Shown: piece by piece, positions 19,835 through 31,306 of the stretch
Layout: each line of letters begins with the position of its first letter
Numbering within the stretch: the first letter of the stretch is position 1
NCBI GenBank assembly: GCA_040002615.1
Contig: JBDUEE010000019.1
Location: 1 to 47,976, forward strand
Reading direction: 5' to 3'
Length of the DNA: 47,976 nucleotides
Source of the DNA: Chloroflexota bacterium
Lineage (GTDB): Bacteria; Chloroflexota; Limnocylindria; QHBO01
The notes under the pieces: model-generated
Database searches by the model: none
The model's input: the letters and a program-made list of their open reading frames with translations, nothing else
Told to the model about the DNA's origin: nothing
Made by a program: the position numbers and the translations under genes

Positions 19835-19944
19835 TCGGGACAACCGGAGGATAGGTGCCGCGGCGGAGGTCGCGCAAGCCCGGTTATCCCCGACTTTCTG
19901 CGGCGCTGCTGGAGTTGTCCACGATCTATCCCCAGCGTGGATAT
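19835..19944. promoter_or_regulatory. Cluster of six degenerate DnaA-box-like 9-mers
   Basis: (-)TTGTCCCGA 19835-43, (-)CTATCCTCC 19846-54, (+)TTATCCCCG 19884-92, (+)TTGTCCACG 19915-23, (+)CTATCCCCA 19926-34, (-)ATATCCACG 19936-44, compared with TT(A/G)TCCACA. Confidence 0.45.
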
Positions 19945-20001
19945 TGATCGAGCCTTGATCCGCGCTTGACGCCCAGCTCGCGCAGCTCAGCTTGGGCGGG
20001 T

Positions 20002-22047
20002 TCAGCTCGCGCCGTTGCCGTTGCCACCCCGCCACGGACGGGTGGTGGTCAAGGGCGATGCGATCGGGACCGGCTGGCTGTCCGCCTTATCCAGCTGACC
20101 TGCGTCCTCGTCGGTGGTCCTGGGAGTGAGTGGCGCGGGGGTCGCCAGGTCCTGCTCGGCGTGGATGATGTGCATCACCGCGTTGATCAGCGCCAGGTGG
20201 GTGAAGGCCTGCGGGAAGTTGCCCAGCTGCCGTCCGGTCTGCGGGTCGATCTCCTCGCCGAACAGCTCCAGCGGGCTGGCGAACGAGAGCAGCCGCTCGC
20301 ACAGCCGGCGAGCCTGTGCCAGCTCGCCGATCTCGACCAGCGCCGAGACGAGCCAGAACGAGCAGATGGTGAAGCTCCCCTCCTTGCCGGACAGTCCGTC
20401 GTCGGTCTGCTCCACTCGGTAGCGCAGCACCAGGCCGTCTTCGGTCAGCTCCTCGGCGATGGCCTGCACGGTGCGCCGGATGCGCTCGTCGTCGGCAGGC
20501 AGGAAGCGCACCAGCGGCAGAAGCAGCAGCGAGGCGTCGAGCGCATCGGTCTCGTAGTGCTGCGTGAACACGCCGCGTCGATCGAGGCCGTGGGCCAGGA
20601 TGTCGGCATGGATCTCGTCCGCCACTGCCTGCCAGCGATCGGCGTCCTCGTTGTCGTTCCGCAGGCGGGCCAGCCGCGCGCCGCGGTCGCACGCCACCCA
20701 GCACATGACCTTCGACGAGGTGAAGTGCTTCGGCTCGCCGCGCACCTCCCAGATGCCGCGGTCCGGCTCGCGCCAGTGCTTGACCGCCATCTCGACCTGC
20801 CGCGCCAGGATCGGCCAGATCCACTCATCGAGCCGATCGCGCGAGCGGGTATGCAGGTAGACCGAGTCGAGCATGGCGCCCCACACGTCGTGCTGGCGCT
20901 GCTTGAACGCCCCGTTGCCGATGCGGACCGGCTTGGCGCCCTCGTAGCCGTCGAGATGCGGCAGGATCTGCTCGCTCAGGTCCCGTTCGCCGCCCACCCC
21001 GTACATGACCTGCAGCTCATCGGCGCCGGCCACCTCGGCGATGAAGTACAGGAAGTCGTTGGCCTCCCAGTCGAAGCCCAGGGTGTAGAGGCCCCATAAG
21101 GCGAAGGTCGAGTCGCGAATCCATGAGTAGCGGTAGTCCCAGTTCCGCTCTCCACCGGGCGTTTCCGGCAGCGAGGTGGTCGCCGCCGCCACCACCGCCC
21201 CGGTGGGGGCGTAGGTCAGTCCCTTGAGCGTCAGCGCCGAGCGCTCCAGGTAGCTCCGCCATGGGTGATCGGGGAAATGCCCGCGTGCCAGCCAGTGCTG
21301 CCAGTGGTGTGCGGTCCAGACCAGCCGCTTGTAGGCATCGTCGTAGGTGCGTGGCGCCGCCGGCATGCCCCATGACAACGCGACGAACCGGCTCTCGCCC
21401 TCCTTGAGCATGGTGCGCGCAATTGCGCGCGGGCCTTCGAAGCCGATGTTCAGGTCAGAAGTCAGCGTGAGCTTCACGTCACTCGACTCGCAGTCGCACA
21501 CGCCCTGGTGGTAGCCGGACTCGCTGTATGACCACGATCCAAAGGTGCGGCCGTAATCGAAGACCGGCTCGCAGTCCAGGCTGAGCTGCACCTCGCCGTT
21601 CACGCAGCGTACGGTGCGCAGCAGGATATGCTCGGCGTCGTAGTCGGTGGGCGCGCGACGCTGGGAGCGGGAGCGCTCTTCCTCGGCATGCCATGGCCCG
21701 ATGAGCAGCACGTCGCGCACGATGATCCAGCCGGTGGTGGTGCCCCAGCTTGTCTCGAGCACGTTCGTGCCGGGCAGGTAGCGGCGCGATGAGGGGACCT
21801 GTACGTCGGCGGGGCCGAACCGGAAGCTGCCGGCGTCTCGGTCCAGGATCGCTCCGAATACACTTGGCGAGTCGACGCGCGGCACGCACAGCCACTCGAC
21901 GTTGCCCGACGGAGCCACCAGCGCGGTGGTCTCGCAGTCGGACCGGAAGCCGTACTCGGCGATCGGCGGGAACGCCGAGCCCATGTGGCTGGCCCGGCTC
22001 TCGGGGCCCATGGAGCTCATCGGTCCCATGCGACTGTTGCTCTGCAC
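20002..22047 (-). CDS. Glycoside hydrolase family 15 (trehalase/glucoamylase-like)
   Basis: [53 protein letters not shown]. Confidence 0.93.
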   Translation of the reverse strand: MQSNSRMGPMSSMGPESRASHMGSAFPPIAEYGFRSDCETTALVAPSGNVEWLCVPRVDSPSVFGAILDRDAGSFRFGPADVQVPSSRRYLPGTNVLETSWGTTTGWIIVRDVLLIGPWHAEEERSRSQRRAPTDYDAEHILLRTVRCVNGEVQLSLDCEPVFDYGRTFGSWSYSESGYHQGVCDCESSDVKLTLTSDLNIGFEGPRAIARTMLKEGESRFVALSWGMPAAPRTYDDAYKRLVWTAHHWQHWLARGHFPDHPWRSYLERSALTLKGLTYAPTGAVVAAATTSLPETPGGERNWDYRYSWIRDSTFALWGLYTLGFDWEANDFLYFIAEVAGADELQVMYGVGGERDLSEQILPHLDGYEGAKPVRIGNGAFKQRQHDVWGAMLDSVYLHTRSRDRLDEWIWPILARQVEMAVKHWREPDRGIWEVRGEPKHFTSSKVMCWVACDRGARLARLRNDNEDADRWQAVADEIHADILAHGLDRRGVFTQHYETDALDASLLLLPLVRFLPADDERIRRTVQAIAEELTEDGLVLRYRVEQTDDGLSGKEGSFTICSFWLVSALVEIGELAQARRLCERLLSFASPLELFGEEIDPQTGRQLGNFPQAFTHLALINAVMHIIHAEQDLATPAPLTPRTTDEDAGQLDKADSQPVPIASPLTTTRPWRGGNGNGAS

Positions 22048-22137
22048 GCTCTCTTCCCTCGTGAAGGGTGGACAGTCTTACCACGCCGCGGGCCTTCGCA
22101 CCAGCCCCCAGCCTGCTGGCGGGACCGGCCGCTGCGC

Positions 22138-22143
22138 TACACT
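22138..22143 (+). promoter_or_regulatory. -10 hexamer TACACT (leaderless mdh-gltA)
   Basis: 7 nt before ATG 22151. Confidence 0.65.
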
Positions 22144-22150
22144 CGGGCGA

Positions 22151-23143
22151 ATGCCCGACGCATACGTGAAGGTTGCGGTCACCGGCGCGGCCGGCCAGAT
22201 CGGCTACGCGCTCCTCTTCCGCATCGCATCGGGACAGATGTTCGGTCCCGACACCTATGTCGACCTCCAGCTGCTGGAGCTGGATGCCGCGCTGCCAGCC
22301 CTCGAGGGCGTGGCCATGGAGCTGGACGACTGCGCGTTTCCGCTGCTCCACCGCGTGGTGCGCACCTCTGACACCAACCAGGCGTTTGCCGACGTCAACT
22401 GGGCATTGTTGGTGGGTGCCGTGCCGCGCAAGGCAGGCATGGAGCGCAAGGACCTGCTGACCGTCAACGGCGGCATCTTCACCAGCCAGGGGCAGGCCAT
22501 CGCCCGCAACGCAGCCGATGACGTGCGGGTGCTGGTGGTCGGCAACCCGTGCAATACCAACTGCCTGATCGCGGCCGCCAACGCGCCGGCGGTGCCCGCC
22601 GATCGGTGGTTCGCCATGACCATGCTCGATGAGAACCGCGGCCGCAGTCAGCTGGCGCAACGGGCGGGCGTGGCGGTGGAGCAGGTGCGCGACCTGGCGG
22701 TGTGGGGCAACCATTCCAGCACCCAGTTTCCAGACTTCTATCACGCCACCATCGGCGGGCGCTCGGCTGCGGCGGTGATCGAGGACGAGGGGTGGCTGCA
22801 AGGCGAGTTCATGACCACAATCCAACAGCGCGGCGCGGCGATCATCGCCGCGCGTGGCCAGTCGAGTGCTGCCAGCGCGGCCAATGCGGTGATCGACACG
22901 GTGCGGAATCTCGCCCAGCCCACGGGTGAGATCTTCAGTGCCGCGATGCGGGCGCCGGCGGACGCATCGGGCTATGGCATCCCGGAGGGGCTGGTGTTCG
23001 GCTATCCATTGCGCGCGAGCGCATCCGGCCAGGTCGAGATCGTGCAGGGCATCGAGCACAACGCCTGGGCCCAGTCCAGAATCGACGCCACGCGCGATGA
23101 GCTCCTCGAGGAACGAGAGGCTGTGAAGGACCTTTTGCCATGA
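22151..23143 (+). CDS. mdh: Malate dehydrogenase (MDH type 2)
   Basis: [44 protein letters not shown]. Confidence 0.96.
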   Translation: MPDAYVKVAVTGAAGQIGYALLFRIASGQMFGPDTYVDLQLLELDAALPALEGVAMELDDCAFPLLHRVVRTSDTNQAFADVNWALLVGAVPRKAGMERKDLLTVNGGIFTSQGQAIARNAADDVRVLVVGNPCNTNCLIAAANAPAVPADRWFAMTMLDENRGRSQLAQRAGVAVEQVRDLAVWGNHSSTQFPDFYHATIGGRSAAAVIEDEGWLQGEFMTTIQQRGAAIIAARGQSSAASAANAVIDTVRNLAQPTGEIFSAAMRAPADASGYGIPEGLVFGYPLRASASGQVEIVQGIEHNAWAQSRIDATRDELLEEREAVKDLLP

Positions 23144-24447
23144 CCAACCAGGCACCGCCAAGGACCGATGTGGCCTCGCTCACTTACGGCGAGCGTTCGG
23201 TCGAGCTGCCCGTCATCCACGGCAGCGAGGATGAGGTGGCGGCCGACATTTCGAAGCTGCGCAGCGAGACCGGCCTGATCACGATGGATGTCGGCTACGG
23301 GAATACCGGCGTTGCCAGCTCCGCCATCACCTTCGTGGACGGCGAGCGCGGGATCCTGCGCTACCGCGGCTATCCGATCGACCAGCTGGCTGAGGGCAGC
23401 ACCTTCCTCGAGGTCGCGTATCTGCTGATCCACGGCGACCTGCCGAGTCGCGAGCAGCTGGATCGTTTCGTGGCCGAGATCACGCATCACACGCTGATTC
23501 GCGAGGAGATGCGGCATTTCTTCGACTCCTTCCCGCACGATGCGCACCCGATGGCGGTGCTCGCCTCGGGGACGGTGGGCATGAGCACGTTCTACCCGGA
23601 CAGCCACGAGATCTACGACCCCGCCGCGGTCGAGCTGACCACCCTGCGCCTGATCGCCAAGCTGCCGACCCTGGCGGCCTGGTCGTTCAAGAAGGCGATC
23701 GGCCAGGCATACGTGTACCCGCGCAACGACCTGGGCTACGCGGCCAACCTGCTGCACATGATGTTCGCGGTGGCGTCGGAGCCCTACGAGGTCAAGCCGG
23801 AGGTGGCCGAGGCACTGGACCTGCTGCTGATCCTGCACGCCGATCACGAGCAGAATTGCTCGAGCGCCACGGTGCGCATGGTCGGCAGCGCGCACACCAA
23901 CCTGTATGCCAGCATCAGCGCCGGCATTGACGCGCTGTGGGGACCCCTGCATGGCGGGGCCAACGAGGCGGTCATCCGGACACTGGAGCGGATCGTGGCC
24001 GACGGGGGCAATGTGCAGAAGTACGTCGACCGTGCCAAGGATCCGAACGACAAGTTCAAGCTGGCCGGCTTCGGGCATCGGGTCTACAAGAACTTCGACC
24101 CGCGCGCCATCATCATCAAGAAGGCAGCTGATAGGGTGCTGGCCGCCACCGGGGCCGATGAGCAGCTGTTCGACGTCGCTCAGCAGCTCGAGGAGGTCGC
24201 CCTGCACGATGAGTTCTTCGTGCAGCGCAAGCTGTACCCGAACGTCGACTTCTACTCTGGGCTGATTTATCGCGCCATCGGCTTCCCCAAGAACATGTTC
24301 ACCAACTGCTTTGCCATCGGCCGGCTGCCCGGCTGGATCGCGCAGTGGCAGGAGATGATCAGCGACCCGGAGACCAAGATCGGGCGTCCGCGGCAGATCT
24401 ACGTCGGTCCAACCGAGCGGGACTACGTCCCGATCGACTCGCGCTAG
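23140..24447 (+). CDS. gltA: Citrate synthase
   Basis: [47 protein letters not shown]; ATGA overlap with mdh. Confidence 0.96.
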   Translation: MTNQAPPRTDVASLTYGERSVELPVIHGSEDEVAADISKLRSETGLITMDVGYGNTGVASSAITFVDGERGILRYRGYPIDQLAEGSTFLEVAYLLIHGDLPSREQLDRFVAEITHHTLIREEMRHFFDSFPHDAHPMAVLASGTVGMSTFYPDSHEIYDPAAVELTTLRLIAKLPTLAAWSFKKAIGQAYVYPRNDLGYAANLLHMMFAVASEPYEVKPEVAEALDLLLILHADHEQNCSSATVRMVGSAHTNLYASISAGIDALWGPLHGGANEAVIRTLERIVADGGNVQKYVDRAKDPNDKFKLAGFGHRVYKNFDPRAIIIKKAADRVLAATGADEQLFDVAQQLEEVALHDEFFVQRKLYPNVDFYSGLIYRAIGFPKNMFTNCFAIGRLPGWIAQWQEMISDPETKIGRPRQIYVGPTERDYVPIDSR

Positions 24448-24468
24448 GGTCGCGTGTCCTGGAAATCC

Positions 24469-24512
24469 CGGACGGGTAGTCAAGTCGCATTTGTGATAGA
24501 CGCTGCCGTCCG
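24469..24512. other. Intergenic stem-loop between gltA and the MBL gene
   Basis: CGGACGG 24469-75 pairs with CCGTCCG 24506-12, with further inner pairing; no U-tract. Confidence 0.35.
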
Positions 24513-24521
24513 TGGCCGCCC

Positions 24522-24527
24522 TAAGAT
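24522..24527 (+). promoter_or_regulatory. -10 hexamer TAAGAT (leaderless MBL gene)
   Basis: 9 nt before ATG 24537. Confidence 0.55.
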
Positions 24528-24536
24528 CGGCCGCAC

Positions 24537-25316
24537 ATGAAGCTCACCATCCTCGGCCGCAGTCCGGCACGCCCCAACCCGGGAGAGGCCTGCGCCGGAT
24601 ATCTGATCGAGGGCGGCGGCGCACGGGTGTTGATGGACGTCGGCCCAGGGGTGGTGGCCCAGCTGCTGCGGCGCAACACGCCAGATGAGCTGGACGCGGT
24701 GGTCATCAGCCACATGCACACCGACCATTGCCTGGACTTGGTGACGCTGCGCTACTCGTATCCGTGGATCGACGTTGCCAAGAAGCGGCTGCTGGTGATC
24801 GTGCCGCCGGGATCCACCGCCCAGCTTGCGGAGCTGGCGCTGGGCGCCGGTTACGTCAACTTCTTCGACAAAAGCTTCATCTTCGTCGAGCACGACGGCA
24901 AGCGACCCCTTGAGATCGGCAACATGCGCCTGGAGCCGGACGAGACGCAGCACTTCGTCCGCACCTGGGGCTTCCGCATCAGCGCGCGTGGCATCGACGA
25001 GGACCCGGACAAGATCCTTTCTTACTCGGCCGATGCCGGTCCGTGCCCGGCCCTGCCACGCCTTGCCGATAACGCCGACCTGTTCCTGTGCGAGGCCGGC
25101 CTGCGCTCCCTGGCCGAGGACGATCCGGAGCCGCAGAGCCGCGGCCATCTGCTGCCCTCGGAGGCGGGACGCCTGGCCCGCGACTCTCATGCCAAGCGAC
25201 TCCTGCTCACCCACATTCCTTTGCCCGATCGCGGCGAGTGGGCGCTCGAGCAGGCCGCCGCCGAATTCACCGGGCCGTTGGAGATCGCCGAGCCGCTCCG
25301 AACCTACGAAGTCTAG
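24537..25316 (+). CDS. MBL-fold metallo-hydrolase, RNase Z/BN-like
   Basis: LTILG, MDVGPG, SHMHTDH (HxHxDH), YSAD, LCEA, GHL, LLLTH. Confidence 0.88.
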   Translation: MKLTILGRSPARPNPGEACAGYLIEGGGARVLMDVGPGVVAQLLRRNTPDELDAVVISHMHTDHCLDLVTLRYSYPWIDVAKKRLLVIVPPGSTAQLAELALGAGYVNFFDKSFIFVEHDGKRPLEIGNMRLEPDETQHFVRTWGFRISARGIDEDPDKILSYSADAGPCPALPRLADNADLFLCEAGLRSLAEDDPEPQSRGHLLPSEAGRLARDSHAKRLLLTHIPLPDRGEWALEQAAAEFTGPLEIAEPLRTYEV

Positions 25317-25485
25317 CCCTCCTGTCGCGGGATGACGAGTCTCGTTCATGACCCTGCAGCTTTAACAACGACGCATCCGGCCCTTAGTTTGCTTGCTCTA
25401 TGACCTAACGGTCATGGCCCGCGCTTGATCTGGCCGAAACTGGTCGTTGGTAAGACAACCAGGTCATTTCCCTGATGTGTGGGCT
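25315..25485. ncRNA. Candidate structured RNA (long imperfect rod, 6S-RNA-sized)
   Basis: Six nested complementary segments span the whole gap between convergent genes; ~56% GC by hand count versus ~70% in flanking CDSs. Confidence 0.4.
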
Positions 25486-25500
25486 GTTGGCGTTCGGGAG

Positions 25501-26022
25501 TCAGCCACCATCCATCCGGGCGCGGGCGATGTAGCGATCGGCGGACCAGGTGACCACGGCCCACAGCGCCGAGAGCACGAGTGTCACGCCAACCAGGATC
25601 GCCGACAGCGGTAGGAAGCCGGGGCCGATCGACACGCCCATCACGAGCGGGCCCAGCAGGAACAAGGCAATGATGCTTCCGATCATGGCCAGCCCGATCT
25701 TGGCAGCCGTCAGCCCGAACCATCCGAGCGAATGCCCCTGAGCGCGTCCGCTCAGCCACAGCAGGGTCGGGCCGGATGCGCCGAACAGCGCGACGTAGAG
25801 GCCTAGCGAGCTGAACAGCTGATCCGGCCCGAGCCGCTGGTCAAGGACCAGGGCAGCCAACAGCCAGGCGGCCAGCAAGGCGCTGGCAGCGCCGGTCCCA
25901 ACCAGCCAGGCGAGCAGGGTCGTGGCCGTTCCGGTCGACAGCCGCTCCACCATCTCGCCGTCCGAGCCCTCGACCAGCTCGGTGGGCCCATCCGGCGGAA
26001 GCTGTGGCTGCTCCTCGCTCAC
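25501..26022 (-). CDS. Hypothetical membrane protein (~4 TM)
   Basis: GTG 26022 overlaps the upstream stop (GTGA); acidic N-terminus followed by four hydrophobic stretches. Confidence 0.75.
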   Translation of the reverse strand: MSEEQPQLPPDGPTELVEGSDGEMVERLSTGTATTLLAWLVGTGAASALLAAWLLAALVLDQRLGPDQLFSSLGLYVALFGASGPTLLWLSGRAQGHSLGWFGLTAAKIGLAMIGSIIALFLLGPLVMGVSIGPGFLPLSAILVGVTLVLSALWAVVTWSADRYIARARMDGG

Positions 26023-27197
26023 GGAGCGCTGGCGCCGGAGCTGGCGAATGCGGCCTCCAGGTCCGCGATCAGGTCGTCGGCCGACTCGATGCCGACCGAC
26101 AGGCGCACCAGGCCCGGTGGCACGGCCAGCGGCGAATCGGCCACTGACAGGTGCGTCATGGCCGCGGGGAGCTCGATCAGCGACTCCACCGCGCCCAGCG
26201 ACTCCGCCAGGGTGAAGAGCCGCGTGCTGGCCACGAAGCGGGCAGCCGTCTCGATCGCGGCGTGGAGCTCGAAGCTGACCATCGCACCCGGCAGGCTCAT
26301 CTGGCGCGCGCACAGCTCACGCTGCGGGTTGTCGTTGAGGGCGGGGTAGTAGACACGGCGCACCTCCGGCCGTTCCTGCAGCCAGGAGGCGATGGCGTGT
26401 GCATTTGCGCAGGCCCGCTCCATGCGCACGGCCAGCGTGCGGATGCCGCGCAGCACCAGCCAGCAGTCGAACGGAGACGGGACGGCGCCGGCAGCGTTCT
26501 GGTGGAATCGGAGGCGCTCGGCCAGGTCGTCGCGATCGGTGGCCAACAGGCCGCCGACCACGTCCGAATGGCCGCCCAGGTACTTGGTTGCCGAGTGCAG
26601 GACCACATCGGCTCCCAGCTCCAGTGGCCGCTGCAGGAAGGGCGTGGCAAACGTGTTGTCCACGACCGTCAGCGCGCCCTGCGCCTGCGCCAGCGCTGCA
26701 AGTGCCTGGATGTCGACGATCTTGAGCAACGGGTTGGTGGGTGTCTCGATCCAGACCATGGCCACTGCACCGCGGTCGGCCTCAGCGCCTGCGGAGAGTG
26801 CGCGCTGCACGCCATCCAGGTCCGTGAGATCGATCGCCTCGGCAGCGACCCCATAGCGGCGCCAGACCTTGTCGGCCAGGCGCCAGGTGCCGCCATAGAC
26901 GTCATCGGACATGATCACGCGCTGGCCCGGCTCGGTCAGGTACAGCAGGTTCTGGGTGGCTGCCAGGCCCGAGGCATACGCGAAACCGTGCGTGGCGCCC
27001 TCGAGCGAGGCGATGGCCGCCTCCAGCGCCCTCCTTGTGGGGTTGTCCGAGCGGCCGTACTCAAAGCCGCCGCGTGTCTGGCCGACCGCATCCTGCTTGA
27101 AGGTCGTGCTCATCTGGATCGGCGGTACCACCGCCCCGGTTGCCGCGTCAGGCTCGTGACCTGCGTGCACGGCGAGCGTCTCGAAGCGGTCGGTCAT
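26019..27197 (-). CDS. Cystathionine gamma-synthase/gamma-lyase (Cys/Met metabolism PLP enzyme)
   Basis: FETLAVHAG, YGRSDNPTR, ASGLAA, ETPTNP, VVDNTF, HSATKYLGGHSD, LAESLG, RLSVGIE. Confidence 0.93.
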   Translation of the reverse strand: MTDRFETLAVHAGHEPDAATGAVVPPIQMSTTFKQDAVGQTRGGFEYGRSDNPTRRALEAAIASLEGATHGFAYASGLAATQNLLYLTEPGQRVIMSDDVYGGTWRLADKVWRRYGVAAEAIDLTDLDGVQRALSAGAEADRGAVAMVWIETPTNPLLKIVDIQALAALAQAQGALTVVDNTFATPFLQRPLELGADVVLHSATKYLGGHSDVVGGLLATDRDDLAERLRFHQNAAGAVPSPFDCWLVLRGIRTLAVRMERACANAHAIASWLQERPEVRRVYYPALNDNPQRELCARQMSLPGAMVSFELHAAIETAARFVASTRLFTLAESLGAVESLIELPAAMTHLSVADSPLAVPPGLVRLSVGIESADDLIADLEAAFASSGASAP

Positions 27198-27778
27198 TTC
27201 CCCGAGGCTCGGGTGCCGACCAGCCGCCAGGCCGCCGGCAGGAGCCCAGCCGCGAGCGCGATCTTCAGGCCGTCGCCGACGAGGAACGGCCACAGGCCGT
27301 AGCCGAGGCTGGTCGCCAAGTCGACCTGCAATGCGGCCATCAGCCACGGAACGCCGACCGCGTAGATGATCAGATTGCCGGCCACCATCATCGCCACCGT
27401 GCCCCAAACCTTCCGGTCGGCCCCACGTCGCGCCAGCGCGCCAACCACCGCCGCCGCCACCACGAAGCCGACGATGTAGCCGAAGGTCGGAAGCGCGAAG
27501 CCTGAATGCTGTTCAGCGAACCACGGAACCCCCGCCGCGCCAACGACAAGGTACAAAAGCATCGACGCCCCGCCGCGGAGCGGGCCCAGTGCCGCGCCGG
27601 CCAGCAGGACGGTCAAGGTCTGCAGCGTGACCGGGACCGGCACCAGCGGGATGGAGACCTGCGCCACGAGCCCGGTGAGGGCGGCGGCGCCCACGACCAG
27701 CAGTGCGTCCCGCACGAGGCTGCCCGGGAGCAGGTCGGCCAGGACGCGCGGGCGAGCGGTGGCGACGGCCCCAGTCAT
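27194..27778 (-). CDS. bioY: Biotin transporter S component
   Basis: PVPVTLQT, LG..RG...LYL.G..G.P.F, PTFGYIVGF, PFLVGDGLK. Confidence 0.92.
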   Translation of the reverse strand: MTGAVATARPRVLADLLPGSLVRDALLVVGAAALTGLVAQVSIPLVPVPVTLQTLTVLLAGAALGPLRGGASMLLYLVVGAAGVPWFAEQHSGFALPTFGYIVGFVVAAAVVGALARRGADRKVWGTVAMMVAGNLIIYAVGVPWLMAALQVDLATSLGYGLWPFLVGDGLKIALAAGLLPAAWRLVGTRASGK

Positions 27779-29316
27779 CAACGGGTGCGCGGGAAGCCGA
27801 GGTCGACCTGTGACGTCGCGGGATCAGGCCAGCGGGAGGTCACGACCTTGCCACGGGTGTAGAACTGGATGCCCTCCGGCCCGTACATGTGCAGGTCGCC
27901 GAACAGCGACGCCTTCCAGCCGCCGAAGCTGTAGTAGGCGACCGGCACGGGGATCGGCACGTTGATGCCCACCATACCGACGTTGATGTCGAACTGGAAT
28001 TGGCGGGCGGCTCCGCCGTCGCGGGTGTAGATGGCGGTGCCGTTGGCGTACGGGTTGTCCTCGATCACCTGGACCGCATCGGCGTAGGTCGGAACGCGCA
28101 CAATCTCGAGCACCGGCCCGAAGATCTCGTTGCGATAGCAGTCCATTTCGGGCGTCACGTTGTCCAGCAGCGAGACGCCCAGGAAGAAGCCGCCTCCGTC
28201 GCGATAAAGGGGATGCTGCCGGCCGTCGACCCGCAGCGTGGCGCCCTGCTGAGGGCCGCTGTCGAGGTACGAGGCCACCTTGTCGCGGTGCTCACGGGTG
28301 ATGAGCGGTCCCATCTCCGCCTCGGCGTCGGTCCCCGGGCCGACCTTGATCTTCGGCAGACGCTCCTCGATCGCGCTGACGAGCGGCTCGGCCACGTCGC
28401 CGACCGCGACCACCACGCTGATTGCCATGCAGCGCTCGCCGGCGGAGCCGTAGGCAGCGGAGACGGCGGCATCGGCGGCCATGCCGATGTCGGCATCGGG
28501 CAGGACCACCATGTGGTTCTTGGCGCCGCCCAGCGCCTGCACCCGCTTGCCGTTTCTGGTGCCGGTCTCATAGATGTGGCGCGCGATCGGCGTCGAGCCA
28601 ACGAACGAGACCGCGGCGACGTCCGGATGCTCCAGGATGGCGTCGACCGCCACCTTGTCGCCGTGCACTACGTTGAAGACGCCATCCGGCACTCCGGCCT
28701 CATGCAGCAGCTCGGCAAGGTAGATCGATGCCGATGGGTCCTTCTCCGATGGTTTGAGGATGAAGGTGTTGCCGCAGGCGATCGCGTTGCCGAACATCCA
28801 CATCGGCACCATGGCCGGGAAGTTGAAGGGCGTGATGCCCGCCACCACGCCCAGCGGCTGACGGATCTGGTAGACGTCGATCCCGGTCGAGACCTGCTCG
28901 CTGAAGCTGCCCTTGGTAAGGTGCGGCACTCCGGTGGCGAACTCCAGGTTCTCGAGTCCGCGGGCTACCTCGCCCAACGCGTCGGTCGGCACCTTGCCGT
29001 GCTCCGCGGTCAGGAAGGCGGCGATGTCGCGCCGATGCTCGTCGACCAGGTTGCGGATCCGGAACATGATCTCGGTGCGGCGGCTGAGCGAGGTGGCGCG
29101 CCAGCCCTTGAAGGCCTCGCGCGCGACGCGCACGGCAGCGTCAACCTCCTCCGCCGATGCGAAGTCGACCTCTCGGGCAACCTGGCCAGTGGCCGGGTTG
29201 TACACAGGCCCGCTGCGTCCGGACGTGCCGGGCACACGCTTGCCGGCAATCCAATGGTTGACATGCTCGAGTTTGGCTGCCTCGGATCCTGCCGGCGGCT
29301 CAGCAACCTGCGTCAT
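27778..29316 (-). CDS. mmsA: CoA-acylating methylmalonate-semialdehyde dehydrogenase
   Basis: ITPFNFPAMVPMW, LKPSEKDP, FVGSTP, GGAKNH, AGERCMA, EIFGP, INVPIPVP, SFGGWK. Confidence 0.95.
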   Translation of the reverse strand: MTQVAEPPAGSEAAKLEHVNHWIAGKRVPGTSGRSGPVYNPATGQVAREVDFASAEEVDAAVRVAREAFKGWRATSLSRRTEIMFRIRNLVDEHRRDIAAFLTAEHGKVPTDALGEVARGLENLEFATGVPHLTKGSFSEQVSTGIDVYQIRQPLGVVAGITPFNFPAMVPMWMFGNAIACGNTFILKPSEKDPSASIYLAELLHEAGVPDGVFNVVHGDKVAVDAILEHPDVAAVSFVGSTPIARHIYETGTRNGKRVQALGGAKNHMVVLPDADIGMAADAAVSAAYGSAGERCMAISVVVAVGDVAEPLVSAIEERLPKIKVGPGTDAEAEMGPLITREHRDKVASYLDSGPQQGATLRVDGRQHPLYRDGGGFFLGVSLLDNVTPEMDCYRNEIFGPVLEIVRVPTYADAVQVIEDNPYANGTAIYTRDGGAARQFQFDINVGMVGINVPIPVPVAYYSFGGWKASLFGDLHMYGPEGIQFYTRGKVVTSRWPDPATSQVDLGFPRTR

Positions 29317-29322
29317 GCCCAC

Positions 29323-29328
29323 AAGATA
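29323..29328 (-). promoter_or_regulatory. -10 hexamer TATCTT (leaderless mmsA operon)
   Basis: 6 nt before ATG 29316. Confidence 0.55.
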
Positions 29329-29354
29329 CTCCCGACCTCGGGAAACGTCCCTCG

Positions 29355-30464
<1,110 letters not shown>

Positions 30465-31300
30465 CGGGCTCACGCTTCTCGCGCATCCAGGCTCCCGGCA
30501 CGCCCCAGCCACGAGCGTGTCGCAGCCAGAGGAAGCCACCAGCCAGCAGGAAGGTCAGTACGCCCAGCCAGGTGGCAGTGGGGATACCCAGGATCACCCA
30601 GTTCTGCACCCGGAATGTCTCCAGCCACACGCGCACCGCGGAGTACCACATCAGGTAGATCAGCAGGATGTCGCCGTCGTAGAGCCGATGCGCCAGCCGC
30701 CGCCCGATCCACAGGATGAAGACGAAGCCCACCAGGTTGAGGATCGCCTCGTAGGCAAACAGTGGGTGAAAGCGGGTCGTGGCCTCCGGAAACAGCGCCA
30801 GGTTGACCCATTCGCCGATGCGGTGGTCTCTGTCGATCGGAATGCCCCACGGCAGCGTGGTCGGCGGCCCGTAGAGCTCCTGGTTGACGAAATTCCCGAG
30901 CCGTCCAATGGCCTGGCCGAGCAGCATGGCCGACGCGAAGATGTCAAGCCAGCGCAGCGTGTTGAGCTTCGTGTAGCGGGTGTAGAGCCAGATGCCCAGC
31001 ACGCCGCCGGCCACTGCTCCGGGAATGCCCAACCCGCCGGTCCAGATCTGCGGGATCTGGGCAAGGTGCTGCGAGTAGAAGTCCCACTGGTGGATGACGT
31101 GGTAAAGGCGGGCACCGATGACCGCCAGCACGAGCACCGGCAGCAGCATGCTCCAGCCGATGTCCGGATCCTCGCCGCGCCGCTGGGCCTCGCGGGTGCC
31201 GACCCAGCCGGCGGCCAGCACGGCGCTGGCGATGATGATCCCGTACCAGTGCACGTCGATGCCGAAGATACGGATGGCAATGGGGTCGATCACGGCGGCG

Positions 31301-31306
31301 ATTCTA
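31301..31306 (-). promoter_or_regulatory. -10 hexamer TAGAAT (leaderless lgt)
   Basis: 7 nt before GTG 31293; its TAG is also the MFS stop codon. Confidence 0.65.

Noticed and set aside
25412-25759. 115-aa minus-strand ORF extending into the structured gap
   Set aside because: Out-of-frame overlap with the membrane-protein gene and no protein-like features
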